Assembly: GCA_050273025.1 (NCBI GenBank)
Contig: CP158635.1
Span: 25,792,001 to 25,856,000, forward strand
Source of the DNA: Cenococcum geophilum
Taxonomy: Eukaryota
Reading direction: 5' to 3'
DNA length: 64,000 nucleotides
Shown here: piece by piece, positions 39,165 to 51,000 of the stretch
How positions within the stretch are numbered: position 1 is the stretch's first letter
How the letters are laid out: each line of letters begins with the position of its first letter
Translations under genes and position numbers: made by a program
The notes under the pieces: model-generated
Told to the model about the DNA's origin: nothing
The model's database searches: none
Seen by the model: only the letters and a program-made list of their open reading frames with translations

Positions 39165-39845
39165 TACTAACTATATAAAATAAGTAAAGGGTACTAACTG
39201 CGTAGATTAAGTAAAGTATACTAATTACGTAGAATAGGTAAATACTACTAACCGCGTAGACTAAGTAAATACTATTAAATACGTGGGAAGAGTAACGCTT
39301 ATTTATTACTTAAAGTAAGTAAGATATATAAAATACGTAAGGGGGGTATTATATATTAATTATATATTAAGTATAGAGAGAGCTTAATAAAATAAAGGTA
39401 TTATTTACCTAGGTAGCTATAAATACGTAATTAGCTATACCGCGTTATTAGATATAGTAGTATACTATACTATATTATTAGATATGGCAGTATACTTATA
39501 CCGCGTTACTAAATGCGGTAGTATACTATACTATATTATTAGATATAGTAGAATACTATACTACGTTATTAAATACGGCAGAATGCTATACCGCGTTATT
39601 AGATGCGGTAGAATACTACACTATATTATTAGATATGGCAGTATACTTACACCGCGTTGCTAAATACGGCAGTATGCTATATCACGTTATTAGATACGGC
39701 AGTATGCTGCACCGCGTTATTAGATACGGTAGTATGCTATACCTAAGTCGATACTATACGCTATACGTTATAGTGCGCGGATTGCGCATTTGGCCGCCAA
39801 ATGCCGCTAAATGCTGCGAAAATGCTGGTAAATTTTTTCCTGACG
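39165..39845. repeat. Subterminal tandem repeats and putative DNA-transposon right terminus
   Basis: ~27-bp repeats at ~39165-39290; ~30-bp unit ATGCT(G/A)(C/T)ACCGCGTTATTAGAT(A/G)CGGCAGT about 10 times at ~39430-39745; AAATGC(C/T)GC repeats at 39798-39826; ends AAATTTTTTCCTGACG at 39845. Confidence 0.75.
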
Positions 39846-42800
39846 AAGCCCTAAACCTATAATAGCTATTCTTCCCAAACTAACTACTGTACTATAATAA
39901 TCTAAATAATTACCTAACCCTTTAATATTTACTAGTAAATAATAAGAGCTCTAATTATTTTTAAGCTAGCTTAAAAATAAGCTAACTGGTAACGCTAACT
40001 ACTACCCTACTAAAGCTAACTAACTTTATTACGCCTTAAGTTGACTAGGAAGAGAGGTAGCTAACCTTATTAAACCTCTTTAGCCGAACTTAGTATAAAG
40101 CCTAGTTATACTTCTTAAAGCTATATATAGTAACCTAAACTACTAAGCTACTGCTTAGGAAAATAAATTATATAGCCTAAGGAATGAAAAGTTTCCTAGT
40201 ATACTTCTCCGAATTTAACCGTTACGTAAAGGAAACTAGCTGAAACGACTCTGTACTGGTTAATAGCCTTATTAAATCCTTAAGCGCTAAACTGAAAACC
40301 TTCCTAATAGGCGTAGACCTACTAGGAGCCCTTAATGCCTGCGTAAACGTTATTAATAAATAGTATAATAATATACTACGTCTAATACCGAAATACGCTT
40401 CTTAATATAATATAGCAGCCCTATAAACGTCTACTAAGTTATCTTAGCTTAAGCACCCTAACGCTATAGATATTAACACTAGGACCCTAGGATACGCCCT
40501 ATTAGGGTTTTCTAAATAAAAACAACGCATTAAGCTAGGCCTTTGCTTTAAATATAAAAGTAACTCCTACCTCTTTAACTATTACTCCGTCCCTATACCT
40601 AAATATAATTTATAAACAGCTAATACTAGCAACTATTTACCGTATTAATCTTCCGGTTACCGTCCCTAATCTTTACCTAGTTCCAGCCCTATGTTTAGTA
40701 AGCACTACTTATAAGGGTAAAGCTATAACTAACGTTCTATAGGAACCCCTTCCCACTCGCTACTAAAAAGTACGTCTTAGAGTTAAGTCGCTTTCTAGGA
40801 CGGCTCTGCCTTAGGATCTCGTTAAATGCTTTAGATATTACGAACTTTGACTTTTAGGATTATAGTATAACTGTTAACTGTCGTCTTTGGCAGAATAATT
40901 AATAGGTTAATACTTAAGTCCTAATTAATATAGGAGCTAGTAGTATAGGATTTATTAACAAGATCTTTATATAAGATAATAGTTTTACCTTAACCCCCCT
41001 TAACTGGCATATTAGTATATTTGGATTTAATAGTAAACGCATAGTCTTAGGTTAAATTACCTATGTAGTATACCTAAGACTCTAATACCTAAACCATAAA
41101 GAACTAATTAAGCTCTTTATTACTATATTAGGTTACCTAATAATTCTTAAATAACTCTAGATAAAGCTATATAAGGTGATTATTAATTAAAACAACTTTA
41201 AGCTTCTATTTACTGCCTCCTATTATAAGTAAAAGTGCCTTATAATATACCATCCTAACCCTAAACTAAAATTTAGGAAATCCACTAAAATCTATTAGCC
41301 TAAGGAATCTACCAGATTTTACTAACCTAGGAATTCCACCAAATTCCACTAATGTAAGATTTCCACTAATATCTACTAAGGATCTAAAAACTCTACTAAA
41401 CCCTATAAATAGATCCTAAGTACTATACCGCCCCAAACTAAGCAGAAGCTTAAGCTTACTATATAAAAATACTAGAAGGACTGGTACTCTACTATAAAGA
41501 GTATACTTAAAGAACCCGAACCTAAATCTAATACTAACTCCGTACCTAATACTAAATCTAAAATTAAGTAAGGAACTATATAAGAAACTACGGATAACTA
41601 GAGCCCGCTTAACGCCCTAAATATCTATATAATTAAAGCTACCCCGCTAGCGCGACTCGCCAAAAAACCCAAATATACGATTTTCGCTGTCACTATAGCT
41701 AATATTAAGAAAGCCTTAGCACCGAAAAAGTATACTAACCCTACTATAAAGGTACCAGTAGAATACTATAACCGCCTAGAGGTATTCTTATAGAAGGAAG
41801 CCGATAAGCTACTAGAATACCGATTATATGACTATAAGATTATACTAGAAGAAGGAAAGCAGCCTAGATTTAGACCTCTATATAGGATATTCTAAAATAA
41901 ACTCTAAGTGTTACGGAAGTATCTAGACGAGAACCTAAGTAAAGGATTTATTAGAGCAAGCTCTTTACCTATAGCTGTACTAGTAATCTTTGTTAAGAAA
42001 TCGGGCGGCGGACTGCGCTTCTATATAGACTACTAAGCTCTTAACGCTATTACTATTAAGAACTAATACCCGATCCTGTTAATATAGGAGATATTAAACT
42101 AATTAAGTAAGGCTTGCTACTATACAAAGCTTAATATTATCTCTACATTTAACCGCCTCCGTATAGCAAAGGGAGATAAATGGCTTACTATATTTCGTAC
42201 TTGGTATGGATTATTTAAATACTTAATAATGCTATTTAGCCTCGTAAATGCTCTAAGCTCGTTTTAATATTATATAAATAATACCCTACGCCCCTACCTA
42301 GATATCTTTTATACTGCTTATATTAACGACATTTTAATATATAGTAATAACCTAACCAAATATCGGAAATACGTTAACCTTATTCTATAAGCCCTGCACG
42401 GAGCTAGTCTATAATTAGATATAGATAAATGCGAGTTTTATAAGACGGAAGTCCTATACCTTAGGCTTCTTATTTTTATAGACGGTATATAAATAGACCT
42501 GAAGAAAATCGAAGCAATTATAAACTGATAAGAATTTAAGAACGTTAAGGACGTAAGAGCCTTTATAGGATTTGCTAATTTCTACTAACGGTTTATTAAT
42601 AACTTCTCCGCCCTAGTTTTACCCCTTATAGCTTTAACCTAAAAGGATAAAGCCTTTATCTTTAATAAGGAATATAAGAAGGCCTTTACTTATCTAAAGG
42701 TTATATTTACTACTGCGCCTATACTCTAACACTTCGACCTAAACTAAATAAGTATTATAGAAGCTAACTCATCCGACTATATTACTGGAGGCATCCTATC

Positions 42801-45112
42801 TTAATATAATAAAGAGGGAGTATTATACCCTATGGTATACTACTTAAAACAACTAAGCCTAGCTGAATATAACTACGAGATCTACAATAAGGATTTACTG
42901 GCTATTATTAAATACTTTAAGTAATAGCGACCTAAACTAGAAGGCGCTGGATTCCTAATTAAGGTCCTTAGCAATTATAAGAACCTATAGTACTTTATAA
43001 CTATAAAATAGCTAAGCTACTATTAGGCCCGCTGGTTAGAATACCTATCTTATTTCTAATTCTTAATTATATACCGCCTAGGCGTTTAAGGCTAGAAGCT
43101 TAATGCCCTAACCCGACGCTTATAAGACACGCTAGTACTAAAAGAGGTACGTTCTTATCGAAATTAGACCCTACTTTGTCCTAAACTATTTAACCCTCCT
43201 ACTAAAGATCTTATGGTATAAGTCCTTAAAATAACTAATTAATTAATTAAACAGATTATAACTAATAAATACCTAAATAACGAGTTTATCTAAGAGACGC
43301 TTAAGCTAATTTAAGATGGCGTTAGACGCTTTAAGAAGATCTCTCTAAGTAAATATAAAGCTTGCGGAAACCGCTTATATTACTAAAACCGTCTAGTTAT
43401 CCCTAATTACGATAAACTTAAGCTTAAGCTCCTTAAATACGTATATAACCTACCAGTAGCCGGCCACCTAGGCTGAGGAAAAACCCTAGAGCTACTTTAA
43501 TAGGAGTACTACTGGCCGAATATATATAATACGACATAAAGGTACGTCTCTAGCTACTACACCTACTAATAAGCTAAAGCCTCGTATAAGACATATAACG
43601 GTCTTTTAAAACTACTACCTATTCTAGACTAAAGATAAAAGGATATCTTAATTAACTTTATTATTAACCTCCCTAAAAGTAAGGGCTGTATAAATATTAT
43701 AGTAGTTATAGACTAACTATCTAAGATAAGATACTTGATCGCCTGCCCTAATATATTAACACCTACTATTACCTAACTATTCCTGAATTATATATAGAAA
43801 CTCTATAGACTCTTTAAAACAATTATCTCTAATAAAGGTAGCTAGTTTATCTTTATATTTTAGAAAGAACTAACTACTAACTCCGTATTAAAGCACTGTT
43901 GTCTATAGTATACTACCCGGAAACAGATAGTTAAATAGAATATATAAACGCTATAATGGAACAGTATATTCGGATATATACGTTATACTTATAAGATAAC
44001 TAGATTAATTAGCTTACATTTACCGAGTTTACTGTAAATAATTCCGTCTTAGAAACTATAAAGGTCTCCCCGTTCTTAGCTAACTACGGCTAGTATTTAT
44101 AAATAGGTTTTAAACCCTTTAGTAATGTTCCTCGCCCTACTTATTACGCCTTATAAGTTATAGAAGTAAATAAATTTATAGAGAAGATGGAGGAACTATA
44201 ACAGTTCCTTATTAACGAAATAATATGGGCTTAATCTATTTATAAAGCCGCAGCGAATAAGAAATAAACCCTAGCACCGGCCTACTAAATTAGTAACTTT
44301 GTATGGCTAAATATAAGAAATCTAAACATAAAATAACCTGCTAAGAAGCTTAATTAGAAGAACACTGGCCCTTATAAGGTTAAGAAGGTTGTCTCCTCCT
44401 ATACCTACTAACTAAAGCTCTCTAATACGGTTAAAATCCACCCCGTATTCTATACGTTAGTCCTCTACCCTACTACTCCCACATTAGACGCCCTGCCCGG
44501 ATAGATATAAGACCCTCCCCTACTAGTTAAAGTGGATGGTAAGAATAAGTACTTTATTAAAAGAATTAATAACATTAAGAATAATAAACGGAAACGTTAA
44601 TATATATATCTTATAAAATAGAGAGGCTTTACTAAGCCCTTATAGGAACCTATTAACTCTATAGGACTTATATAAGCCGCAGAAGACTTTTATAAATTTA
44701 TTTAGAACTACTATAGCCCTACCTTATAGAAGCTTAAGTTTAAAGGGGGGTACTGTTATAGGACACCCCTATAACACCTTATATATATCCACCTATTTCC
44801 ACCAACTTAGCAACTAAAGACTAACTACGAGATAGCAATTTGCGGCAATCTAACGGCAATCTGCTATATTCTGCTATATTCCGCCAAGTTTTACTAAATC
44901 CTATTAAGTTCTGCTAGGACTACCACCGGAATCCTATTCTACTCTATATATATATTAACTAAGCAACTAAGCTAATAATATATACCCTTTCTTCCCATTT
45001 TCCTGCCTTATCTCCTTACGTAACGTCTTAACCTCCTTATATAGTTTATATATATAGCTTAATAATACCTACCTTGCTATATATTATCGCCGCTTATACT
45101 TATTCCGTAATA
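39846..45112 (+). mobile_element. Chromoviral Ty3/Gypsy retrotransposon, 5'-truncated, RIP-degraded
   Basis: gag ~39850-40780; protease LI(DT)GAS at 40921; RT YI(D)DILIYS at ~42320; RNase H ~42760-43120; integrase ~43440-44200; chromodomain EYF.ERI...YL.KWRG...SWEP at ~44545-44655. PPT AAAGGGGGG precedes the 3' LTR at 44754-45112 (TGTTATAGG...CCGTAATA). No 5' LTR. Confidence 0.9.
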
Positions 45113-45705
45113 TTTAGTTAAAGGTCTAGTTAAAGGTCTAATTAAAGGTTTAGTTAAGGGTCTGGTTAAGGGTCTAGTTAAGGGTCTAGTTAAAGCTCTA
45201 GTTAAAGCTCTTATCGAAGCTCTAGTCGGGGCTTTAATTAAGGGTCTAGTTAAAGCTTTAGTTAAGGGTCTAGTTAAAGCTCTACTTAAAGCTCTACTTA
45301 AAGCTCTGCTTAAGGGTCGAAGCTCTAGTTAATGCTCTAGTTAAGGGTCTGGTTAAAGCCCTGCTTAAGGGTCTAGTTAAAGCTCTACTTAAGGGTCTAG
45401 TTAAAGCTCTGCTTGAGGGTCTGCTTAAAGCTTTAGTTAAAGCTCTGGTTAAAGCTCTGGTTAAAGCTTTAGTTAAGGCTCTAGTTAAGGCTCTAGTTAA
45501 AGCTCTGTATAAAGCTCTGTATAAAGCTCTATATAAAGCTTTGCATGAAGCTCTATATAAAGCTTTACTTAAAGCTCTATATAAGGCTCTACTTAAAGCT
45601 CTGCTTAAAACCTTATATAGAGCTTTAAAGCTCTACTAATACATAGCACTAATATACTAGGAAGGTTCTATAATTAGCTATATAACCGCCTATATAATTA
45701 TTATT
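45113..45705. repeat. RIP-mutated copy of the 12-bp AAGCTCT minisatellite family
   Basis: Units (G/A)G(G/C)TCTAGTTAA and AAGCTCT(A/G)(C/T)..A. The segment 45629-45700 aligns with 14232-14303 (GCACTAATATACTAGGAAGGTTCT) with CA>TA changes. Confidence 0.85.
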
Positions 45706-48010
45706 ATTAATTCTATTTATTACCCAATTTAGTCTCTTTTTAAGTCTATATAGGAAAAAGCCCTATAAGGGGAAAACCCTAAGTATTTCCTTTTAGCTAG
45801 TTTTACTCGTTCTATCTTCACCTAGCTAGTATATCTTTATATCTTCTAGTCTACCTTATATACTATACTTTCTAGGTATATTAGAAGATCTAAAGGGGGT
45901 AGTAGGAGGGTTTAGAAATTCGCTAGTAAGCCGCCTATAGCTAGGTGGGGGTATTTAGTCCTTAAGGGGCTAGAATAGGGCGTATTATTTAGTGTCCTCC
46001 TATTAGATCTTATATGCTATTTAAAACTACTAAAGAATTCCTTTACCTATAAGCCATTTTACTACTACCTATAAGCCCCTACTTATAAAGAGTATCTAAG
46101 TAATATTATTTATACCTATATTAGTAAGTAGCTAGTTCCTTACTAAGCGGTAACTGTAGAATAGTAGTATATAGTATACTAATTAAATAGGCCACCCGTA
46201 TATATATTAAGGTAAGATATTTAGAATATAGATATTAGCTATATATTTAGACCTAAGACCTTTATCTATAGTAGAAAGGCGGCTATAAATTTTACCTTTA
46301 TTAGTCCTTTATATAGGGAAAAAGTTAGTATTAACTATAGGGTATTCTATATAGCTGTGTTATATATTTTTACTACCTTCTTCTATTCTTGCTTCTATTT
46401 AAGATTTATCTATCTTATAATTAGTATAGTAAATCTCTATCTATATTAGTAACCTCCTATTCTCTATTACTATTATAGCGCTCTATTAGCATAGCGCTAG
46501 GTTTCTACTTAGTAAGCTAATAGTTCCTATATTCTTTTTCTCTCTTTATTACTTATAGGTAAAGGGCTTCCTAACTAGTATATTTAGGCGTATCGCCCCT
46601 CTAAGGGGCTATTGCTTTATATATATATCTCGTTCTTTATATATATTTTAGTATATATTATATATTTTCTTCTACTAGGTAGTTTTATACTATAACTACT
46701 CGCTATATAGTAGTTAAGTTAATATATATTAACCTAGATCGGACTTTTCTTATTACTATTATACTACTGTCTAATAACCTAGATTGTCTATATAAACTAT
46801 ATCTTGGTTATCTCTTAACTTATAACTATATGTCTTATTAAATGTCTTATTACCTATTTCTATTACCTATTTTAACTTACTTATTTAGACCTACCTAATA
46901 TATATAAAGAGCTTTTAGAGCCCTCTTTAATAGACAGAGTTCTTATCCTTAATTAACTGTTTAATAATATATAAGTCTAGTAGTAGAACTAATGCTTTAT
47001 ATTCTAGTATAGCGCGTAGTATTCTTCTATAGGCCCCTATAGTTCTATATAGGTACTAGTTTTATAGCTTAGCTAGCGGCGCTAAAGAGATTTTTATTAG
47101 TACCTTACCGTTAAGCCCTAGGCCCTAGATTTAGGAGCCGTATAGTATTATTGGCCTTACTACTACTATATATAGTAGGCATATATATTTAAAAGAGGGT
47201 CCCTATATTAAGGTAGTAATTTATAATACTGCCAAAAATACTACTGCTCCCCTATAAGTAGTTTATATAATATACTTATTCTAGTTTAACCTAGGGTCTA
47301 CCTAAACCCCTAGGACCTTAAGGGTAGCTTCTAGTTTTACTTTATAGCCTTAGATATTTACTATTAAGGCTAGGTTATTACTTACCCTCCTTTTCCTTAT
47401 AAAGTAGATAAGCTAGTATTTATCTAATACGAATTTAGCGCCGTATTATTTTACCTATATAATATACCTATTATATACCTAGTTTAGCCTAATATAGTTT
47501 TCTACTACTATATTTTCCTATATAATTAGATTTATATTATTTATAAATCCTAGGACTATTATATCCTAGCTATTATTATATATCTCTAGTAGTTTAGATA
47601 TAAAGAAAAGGAGTCGAATTAGTAATAGGGGCAATCCTATAGGATACCTATAAGTACTAGTATTAATTCGCTTTTATAGCCCTTAATTATAATTTTTATA
47701 GTATACCCTCTTAGAAAAGCTTAAATAAACTTAATTATTTAATCTAATAGGCCTTTATTTCTTAAAATCTATAAAAGTCTCTTATAGAATATATTATCTA
47801 ATACTTTGCTTAGGTCTAGGCTTAGCATAAATATAGTATATCCTAGGTAAGCTTACTATACCGCTTAAATATAAGAGGTAATTAGGGAAAGGGCTAAGAG
47901 AGTTAATCTTTTCTTTCTTACGCCTATTTATGTCTATAGTAGCAGATTCTATACTTCCGCCGCTTCTTATATACATTTTATAACTATCTTTCTAGAAGCT
48001 TTTTTAGTGT
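45706..48010 (-). mobile_element. 5'-truncated Tad1-like LINE (same family as 48554-62741)
   Basis: Reverse complement of ~51840-53130 plus ~62025-62740; AAT-rich tail at ~45706-45725. Confidence 0.88.
46727..46966. mobile_element. RIP-mutated solo LTR (240 bp) inside the LINE
   Basis: TATTAA...TTAATA termini (RIP form of TGTTGA...TCAACA); ATATA duplicated at 46722-46726 and 46967-46971. The segment is absent from sister LINE copies (empty sites at ~52858 and ~63795). Confidence 0.8.
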
Positions 48011-51000
48011 GCTATAAGTATATAGTAATAAGTTTTAAAACATTAATAGGTATTATATTAATTTAAATCTCTATAATGGTCTTTAAAAAGTATATTTTAA
48101 ATATACTTTTATATAATTACCTTATAAGTATAATTAAAGCTATAATGGCCTGTTATAGAATCATTATAATTCCTTTAAAGGATCTTTTAATAAAGTAAAA
48201 TATTTTTTAGTATTAAAACTTTACTATTTTATTATATAAGATTGTTTTAATTTTTAAAAAAAAACTTTTATACTAATAGGCATTCCCCCCCTTTATAACT
48301 TCTTATAAATAGTATAAGAATTAGTAACCTTATCCTATACTATTTAAATATAGTTTTAAAGTAGTTTAGAAAGTTCTTCCTTAAAAGTTATTTTAGTAAA
48401 AGCTATTACTATTACTTTTTACTATAGTATAAGACTCTATATAAAGTCTATACTAATAAGTATATTATATAATATATATACTACTTATAAAGTTATTATA
48501 ATAGAGTACCTTAGCTTATTAGTACTATAGTTATAAAGGTCACTTATATACTTTTTATAGTATAGTTAGTATAGTAGTACTAGATAAACCTTCTATAAGG
48601 CTTATTATTTATAACTTTTACTATATTATTAATAGTATAGTATTAAGGATTATCCTTTTACTGCCTTTTTAACCCTCTTTTATATAGTTTAAGTACTATA
48701 ATAGGCTATTTACTAGGTTTATATTTAATCCCATAATTAAACTTAATAAAAAGCCACTATAGTAGTAGAATACGTCTACTACTTACCTAATAAAGAAATA
48801 ACTACTCCCAATTGAACCTACGGCATATTATACCCTAGAACTAATATATATAGCATAACTAGAAAGCCTACGTAATATAGAAGGATTAACGTAGACTTAA
48901 AGGCAGAATACTATATAGAAAATTTTAATACCATAATAAACCTAATAGGGGGCGATATAACTATAATAACTAAAGAATAACGACTAGAAATAGTAGAAAC
49001 TTATAAATATCCTAAAAGATATTAAAGAAGATTTAGGAAAGAGAGAAGATAAATACCTACGCGTAGGGGTAGTGTGTACTAATAGTAGGATAAATTATTT
49101 AGGAGCTATAGATAAGGTATAATAGAAACTAGAACACCGTAAAGAATAGGCTTAGGCGTATTAAAGATATTATAAAATTATAGGGAATACTAATAACGTA
49201 CCTAATAAAGCCCTTATAGGCTAATATTGCTATTAATACCTAATTAGTACCCCTCTAGCGCCTACCTAATATAGCACCCATAAGGTCTATAGTTAGGGTC
49301 TAAATATTAAAGTTAGTAGGAGTAGAGCTAGAATAAATCCTTATATTAATTAGAGTATATATACTAAAGGTAGTAGTAGTAAGGGTCCTATATAGTCGTA
49401 ATGTAAAGGTTATACTTCTTAACTAATAGGTAAAGAACTAGGCTATTACCTAGGGAAATACCCTTAAGTATAAGATCCTCCATTAGGACTACCCAGTTAA
49501 AGTAATTAGGGTACCCCCTTAATATATAAGTAGAAAGCGAGTAAGGCGCTATAAACTTATAACTTATCTAAAAGATTATAAAGGCTACTAAAAAACTTGT
49601 CTTAGGAATTATAATATTTAGGGTTATATAGCTTTATAAAGTATGTATAATATATATAGGGGTATTACTAGGGTTCTAAAGAGTTAAAATACGCAGTACC
49701 TTAATAATTAACCTACTAGCTTAGGAGATATAGGCGGTAGTAGCCTATAAAGGAATAGTTATAAATAGCCTATAGTATAAAGTCCGGCTATACTACTATA
49801 TAGTCTAAGTCCGCTAATACTTTAAATACTAATAGTAAGGCTATACTTAGAGTGTATATAGGAGATAGGAAGGGTATAGGCGATGCGCTAATATATATAA
49901 GACGAAGAACTACCTTAAGGATAAGGGAGCTAAATATATAAACTATAGTAAAGGATATAAAGTATAGCAGAAGACGGTATATAAAACCTTCTAAGTACAC
50001 CTAAAGTTTATTAGAATAAGATAAACCTAATTATACTAGTTTATAACTACTCTATAGGGAAATATATATAAGGGGAAAGGGCTAAGTAGGGTAAGTAATA
50101 GCGGTTAAATAGTTATATAAAGAAAGAGATTTAAGGTACTAACCCTAATAGGGGCACCCTTTACCTAGCTAGTAGTAAAGGAGAGCATAGGACGCCTATA
50201 AGGTAGTACTAATACTACTAAAGGCCTACTCTAGTAAAGAATTCTAATTCTAATAGTCTTTAATAAGACGCCCTAAAGGCGAATAGAAGATACCTATAAG
50301 TTACTAGACTAACTAATACTATAAAAAAATATTAATAATAGTATAATATAACTACGGATACTTAAACTATAAAGTAATATATCTTTTATTTAATAGCCTA
50401 GACCTAAAAGAGTATTAGAAAATAGCCTTATAGGAACTAGTATATAATAAATAACTACGCAAAATATACTAAATAAAAGGATACTACCTTCTATTTAAAC
50501 TAAACCTAGCTACTTAGTTAATGCATTAATATATAGGTATAGAGCTGCTATACTATTAGCCCTAATATAGGTAAACTATAAGAAGCTACTAATAGGAGCT
50601 AAATTAACGTTTATAACCTAAGGGATAATAAACCCTAAATTACTATATTGGGACTATTCTAATATACTATTAATATAGTAAAAGGCAAGGTAATAGTCCT
50701 AGGAAATTTTAACGTATACTATATAGTGTAGTAAGAATAGTAGGCTATAGCTAAAGTATAGGCGACTTACCTACTAAGTAAGCTTAAAACGTAGGGCCTT
50801 ACTTTAACTACCTTAATAGGCAAGCCTACCTAGAAAAGAGGAACCTAAAAGAGTCTAATCGACTTTATATTTATATAAGAAATACTTATAAACTAACTAG
50901 CGCTTTATGGACTAGAAGGTATATAGGTAATTATCTTAGACTATATACCTATATAGATAATACTTAATATCGCCGTATTAGCGTAACAAACTCGCTAGAG

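Noticed and set aside
5968..39845. Starship call
   Set aside because: No DUF3435 tyrosine-recombinase captain was recognisable in the window. It cannot be excluded beyond the edges or within unassigned RIPed genes.
48011..48553. Extremely AT-rich segment between LINEs, possibly a gene or transposase relic
   Set aside because: No motif could be recovered by eye; left unassigned.
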